Shown here in pieces: positions 56,990-64,000 of a stretch of 64,000 nucleotides of DNA. The position numbers were made by a program, and so were the translations under genes. The notes under the pieces are model-generated. The model did not search any database, was not told the DNA's origin, and saw nothing but the letters and a program-made list of their open reading frames with translations. Source of the stretch: Bigelowiella natans CCMP2755 (lineage: Eukaryota > Protista > Cercozoa); the NCBI GenBank assembly GCA_000320545.1, contig ADNK01000267.1:1-64000 (forward strand), read 5' to 3'. Each line of letters starts with the position of its first letter. The first letter of the stretch is position 1.

Positions 56990-58100
56990 ATAGATATGCA
57001 TGCGCTGTACGTGTACGTAGCGTGTGTGAATGGATGATGTGTAATAAGCTAGTAAGCATGGCACCCAAGGCATTCGTATGTGCATGACTCGACCACAAAC
57101 ATGTGCATGCATGTGTGTACATGTACATGTATGTTAAAACAATACACATGTGTGCACACATGACACAACTGCATCAAATGATGTGTGACGAATGGCATGA
57201 ATTTTCAATTGAGGGTCATTGAGCACACACCTGCGCGCTTACGCGCGCCCAGCTAGCCAGGTGCATGCTTTTTGCGTGCGTGTGCTGAAACTTCGCACGT
57301 CCATGAAGCTAGTGTGCACACACCCTCATGAGCTTGCAAAACTTGTGGCACGCAAATGCAAATGCGCTAGCGTGTTCAAAAGTTCAAAAGTGGTGAGAAT
57401 TTTTCAATTTTCGCCCGCTGGCAGGCGTTGAAAAATGAGGTTTTCAAGCTGAAATTCGAAAAAAAAATCAAATTTGAACCTCAAACAGGCTCCAGTGTGC
57501 TTCCAATGTCCAATTGCAACGATTGAGCGCGCCAGGCCGCATGCGCAAAGCACAGTTTGTTCAAAATCCACTCGTCACCGGGATTGACACAGTTGTTTCC
57601 ACAACTGACGGCCATGTCATGGATCATAACGACAAGACTGTGCGCCTCTCAAACACAGAATATGAGAAAAAAGAACTCGCGCGGCGGCTGCGCGCAATGA
57701 TGCACGACATCGATCATTGCATCATGCCAGACCAAATCGCCATGCATTTTCATGCACACTAGCACATGCAACACGTGACCAAAGAAACAAACAGACACAA
57801 CTCAAGCGCTGTAGCCGCTGCATTGCACTACTAGTGCACAGCTACATTGGGATGACCATTGAAAAATTTTTAACATTTCATTACATCCGTCTCATGCACA
57901 TTGAAAATGCATGTCCTCCGCCAGCGTCGTCCATCATTCTAACATTGCACGTAGAGAGCTAGCGCTAGCTAACTAGCTAAAAGCTAATAATATAATGCTA
58001 TCATCGTCATCATCAACATGCAGAAGTGCTGCGTCAAGTAGCATGAGCACTTCATGGCTGCTAGCATAGATTTATGTTTACACAAAAAGCAATGCATCTG
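56990..58100. repeat. palindrome-rich intergenic spacer with the least degraded copy of the dispersed repeat (~57590-57905)
   Basis: AAACAAACAGACACAACTCAAGCGCTGTAGCCGCTGCATTGCA...GCTACATTGGGATGACCATTGAAAAA...TTCATTACATCCGTCTC is a reverse-complement homologue of 38912-39035. Confidence 0.7.
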
Positions 58101-58175
58101 TCATTCCAATCTCTCCAATCATGCATAGCAGTCATCTTGTTTAGTAGTATCTTAATCTGCTTGTTGAAATCTTCG

Positions 58176-58961
58176 TCATTTTTTAGACGATTTTTTGTCC
58201 GTTTTATCCTTCTTACCCATTAGAGCATCAATAAGTTCTCTGAGAGGTTCTTGTTCATGGCTGGTGATGAGCTGCAACACAAATATTAGACACAAAAAAG
58301 AGCAAAGTATAAATCCGCACACCTTGAATTCGGCCACGAAGTAGATGAAATGCTTGAAGCACGTATTCCTGCGAAGTAACGAAACATTAAGAAAATACGT
58401 ACTTCTGACTTGACAAAATATTTCTTACAGGTGTGCCTCAGCTCCCAAGCCAATGATCTTCTTAAAATGTGAATGATAGATGTGGGCATACACACGAAAT
58501 AGCCTCTTGAAGATTGTCTTCACGATGTTAAAAAAATTTTTTGGAAAAGGGGTTCCAAGTTGGAGGGGGAATATGCTTTCATCATTGAGCTGGCCCTCGA
58601 CCCAAGTCATCAAATGATCCACGTATTCAGGAGCGTTGCACTTTATCGGTTTCTTAACTTTTACTCCATCTGCCCAGAGGTATTCATATTTCGAACCAGC
58701 ATTCATCACAGGGCAATTGTCAGGAGTGCAATAGTCTGTTATAGTTCCATAAAGAAGACTGATCTCGTTGAAGAAATCGACGGTATTAACTGCCAACCAT
58801 TCGTTAAGATCCTCGCCCTTCGGAAGAACTACTGCGCTTCTCATGTTTCCGCTTCCCAAAGTTGCTTTGGCATAGTCAGAAAGTTTCTTACGCTTTTCCT
58901 TTTTGTGTGTCTTCAAAGGTTTGAAAGTCTTGTTCCGTGATGATCTCAGAAAAGAGAACAT
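58176..58961 (-). CDS. MOB1: MOB kinase activator 1, 3 coding exons
   Basis: ATLGSGNMRSAVVLPKGEDLNEWLAVNTVDFFNEISLLYGT, CPVMNAGSKYEYLWADG, FKRLFRVYAHIYHSHF, EAHL/NTCFKHFIYFVAEF/LI..EQEPLRELI. Confidence 0.97.
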
Positions 58962-60163
58962 CTGACCATGAAAGATTCAAAACGTGATGATTTTTTTCAG
59001 AATCAACTTCGGAGAATTGGCACAGGAAAATATTGATTCTACATAGTCAGTAAGCTTTGAGAAAATTTATTGATTGAAATTCAGGTACAATGGAATTTAA
59101 TGCGAAGTGAACATCTGCGGAATAGTTTCAGTTGTACTAAAAAGAACTAACGTTCCGCATTTCAATTGTTAGCACGAATACTGCAACCTCTTCTAGTTAC
59201 GAACAACAACGTAGGAAGGATTTAGGATTTCTTTTTTTTTTGCAACTCATCATCTTTGACATCATGGTGAATCATCTTCATCATTCTATGTTCCTTCGTA
59301 CATTCAGGCAAGGAGCAGCAACACACCTCTCGTCTATCAGAATCTGTTTATCACGTCAGACCAAAATCAGCACTTTCAATATGACCATCAAGGAGATAAT
59401 GTAGGCCAATTATTGTTGTCGAGATCTACAATTCTTGTCGTATGCGAGAATAATTATCTCGTCGTATCCGTTCTCGTGAAAAGGCCAAAACAGGAAAAAC
59501 ATTTCGTCATGCTCGAAGATTTAACGAAATGTCCTGCAAATGGAATATTTTCATCCTTTTTTATGTCAAATAAATTTGGAGTAATAATAATGATACGGAA
59601 TATTTCGAAGAATAAAAATCTTGACTGCATGTAGATGTTTCCAGGTGTAGATCTACATTCATGCTGTTTTTTCCTAGTTTTTCTTTGTCTGAAAACAAAG
59701 AAGCAGATGATTGTCCAGTTCTCAATGATGATCTAGTTAGTGATAGTCACTGTGAGACGTTGTCGTTGCACAAATATTCTGGGCGTTTCTTTCCTAGAAC
59801 AGCACATAATTTAACACACAATCAGATCTATCTACCGGTTCCTACAGGGCCGAGAAGAAAGAAGCCTTTTGTTTGTCATAATCCGCGATGGTAATACATG
59901 GTGGTCCCCCCCCCCCCCTCCCAGACCACAACGTACCCGTTTGTAGAACATAATTTAAACTAACTTCATTTTTGCATGTATTTCGAATTAAAAATGTAGA
60001 TCTTCAATTTTGGCCTAACACGTTGAATTTCTAGATAGATTAATTTGCATTATTTCTTCACAGAGCACCGTCCTGTCGTCTTGATGATCGATGATGTTCC
60101 ATTTTTCTCCTGGAACAGAAGAACCTTACACTAAATCTACAACGCTAATCGACGTTGCTTGCG

Positions 60164-63610
<3,447 letters not shown>

Positions 63611-64000
63611 ATAGAAGAGTGAACATTATTTTGTCCCTTTTGAAAATATGGAGTATGATTGTCATGAATGGAAACAACGTCTGATATAATTGTCATGGAT
63701 ACAATTCAAAAGGTTTTGAAAGAGAATGAATTACTAATCGAGAACAGTCTCACGCCAAAACATCCTTTGCCAGAAGCTCTGATTCCGGTTAAAAAATTCT
63801 CTGTTTTTTATTTCTTCTCAATCTTGCATCATGTGCGTGCACATTGCATTTTTTTTTAAATTGTTCAGTTTGTCAATTTTTCAATCTTGGTAGTAGATCA
63901 GACATTGCATGCCAGGCATTCTGATGCAAAGTGTTTGTAATCACCGAGATTCGTCCAGTGACAATTTGTGTTGCAACATGTCAGAAATGGGTCAAAGAAA

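Noticed and set aside
57514-57762. Fanzor/TnpB RuvC-I remnant (VTGID...RLSNTEY)
   Set aside because: Lacks the DPG/DLG signature and any downstream RuvC-II or zinc-finger motif, and the homologous copy at ~39100-39235 does not preserve this frame. Too weak to call.
63668-63859. 63 aa ORF after the YqaJ gene
   Set aside because: Short, no recognisable domain and close to the window edge; cannot be supported as a gene.

Overview
Intron-rich, microsatellite-laden eukaryotic nuclear DNA from a protist. The short GT-AG introns and signal-peptide-plus-transit-like leaders are compatible with a complex-plastid alga such as a chlorarachniophyte, but this is not proven. I spliced exons by hand, so gene boundaries are approximate. 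About 10 genes alternate in strand almost gene by gene: an unidentified + gene end, NDUFV1 (-), an ADAM-type metalloprotease-disintegrin (+), a divergent ASKHA/NTPDase-Ppx-like protein (-), a multi-pass membrane protein fused to a TKL kinase (+), RPL9 (-), a CHAT protease-STAND NTPase-SH2 fusion (+), a large RCC1-repeat/IQGAP-like fusion (-), MOB1 (-) and a YqaJ/lambda-exonuclease-family nuclease with a targeting leader (+). Three observations stand out. (1) The CHAT-STAND-SH2 protein looks like an NLR/apoptosome with a phosphotyrosine-reading sensor. (2) Intergenic spacers at convergent gene 3' ends have a distinct palindrome-rich composition, and most carry a shared degenerate repeat whose copies differ by 2-4 bp duplications. 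(3) Tandem duplications recur across splice sites. Most short ORFs in the supplied track are microsatellite or antisense artefacts.
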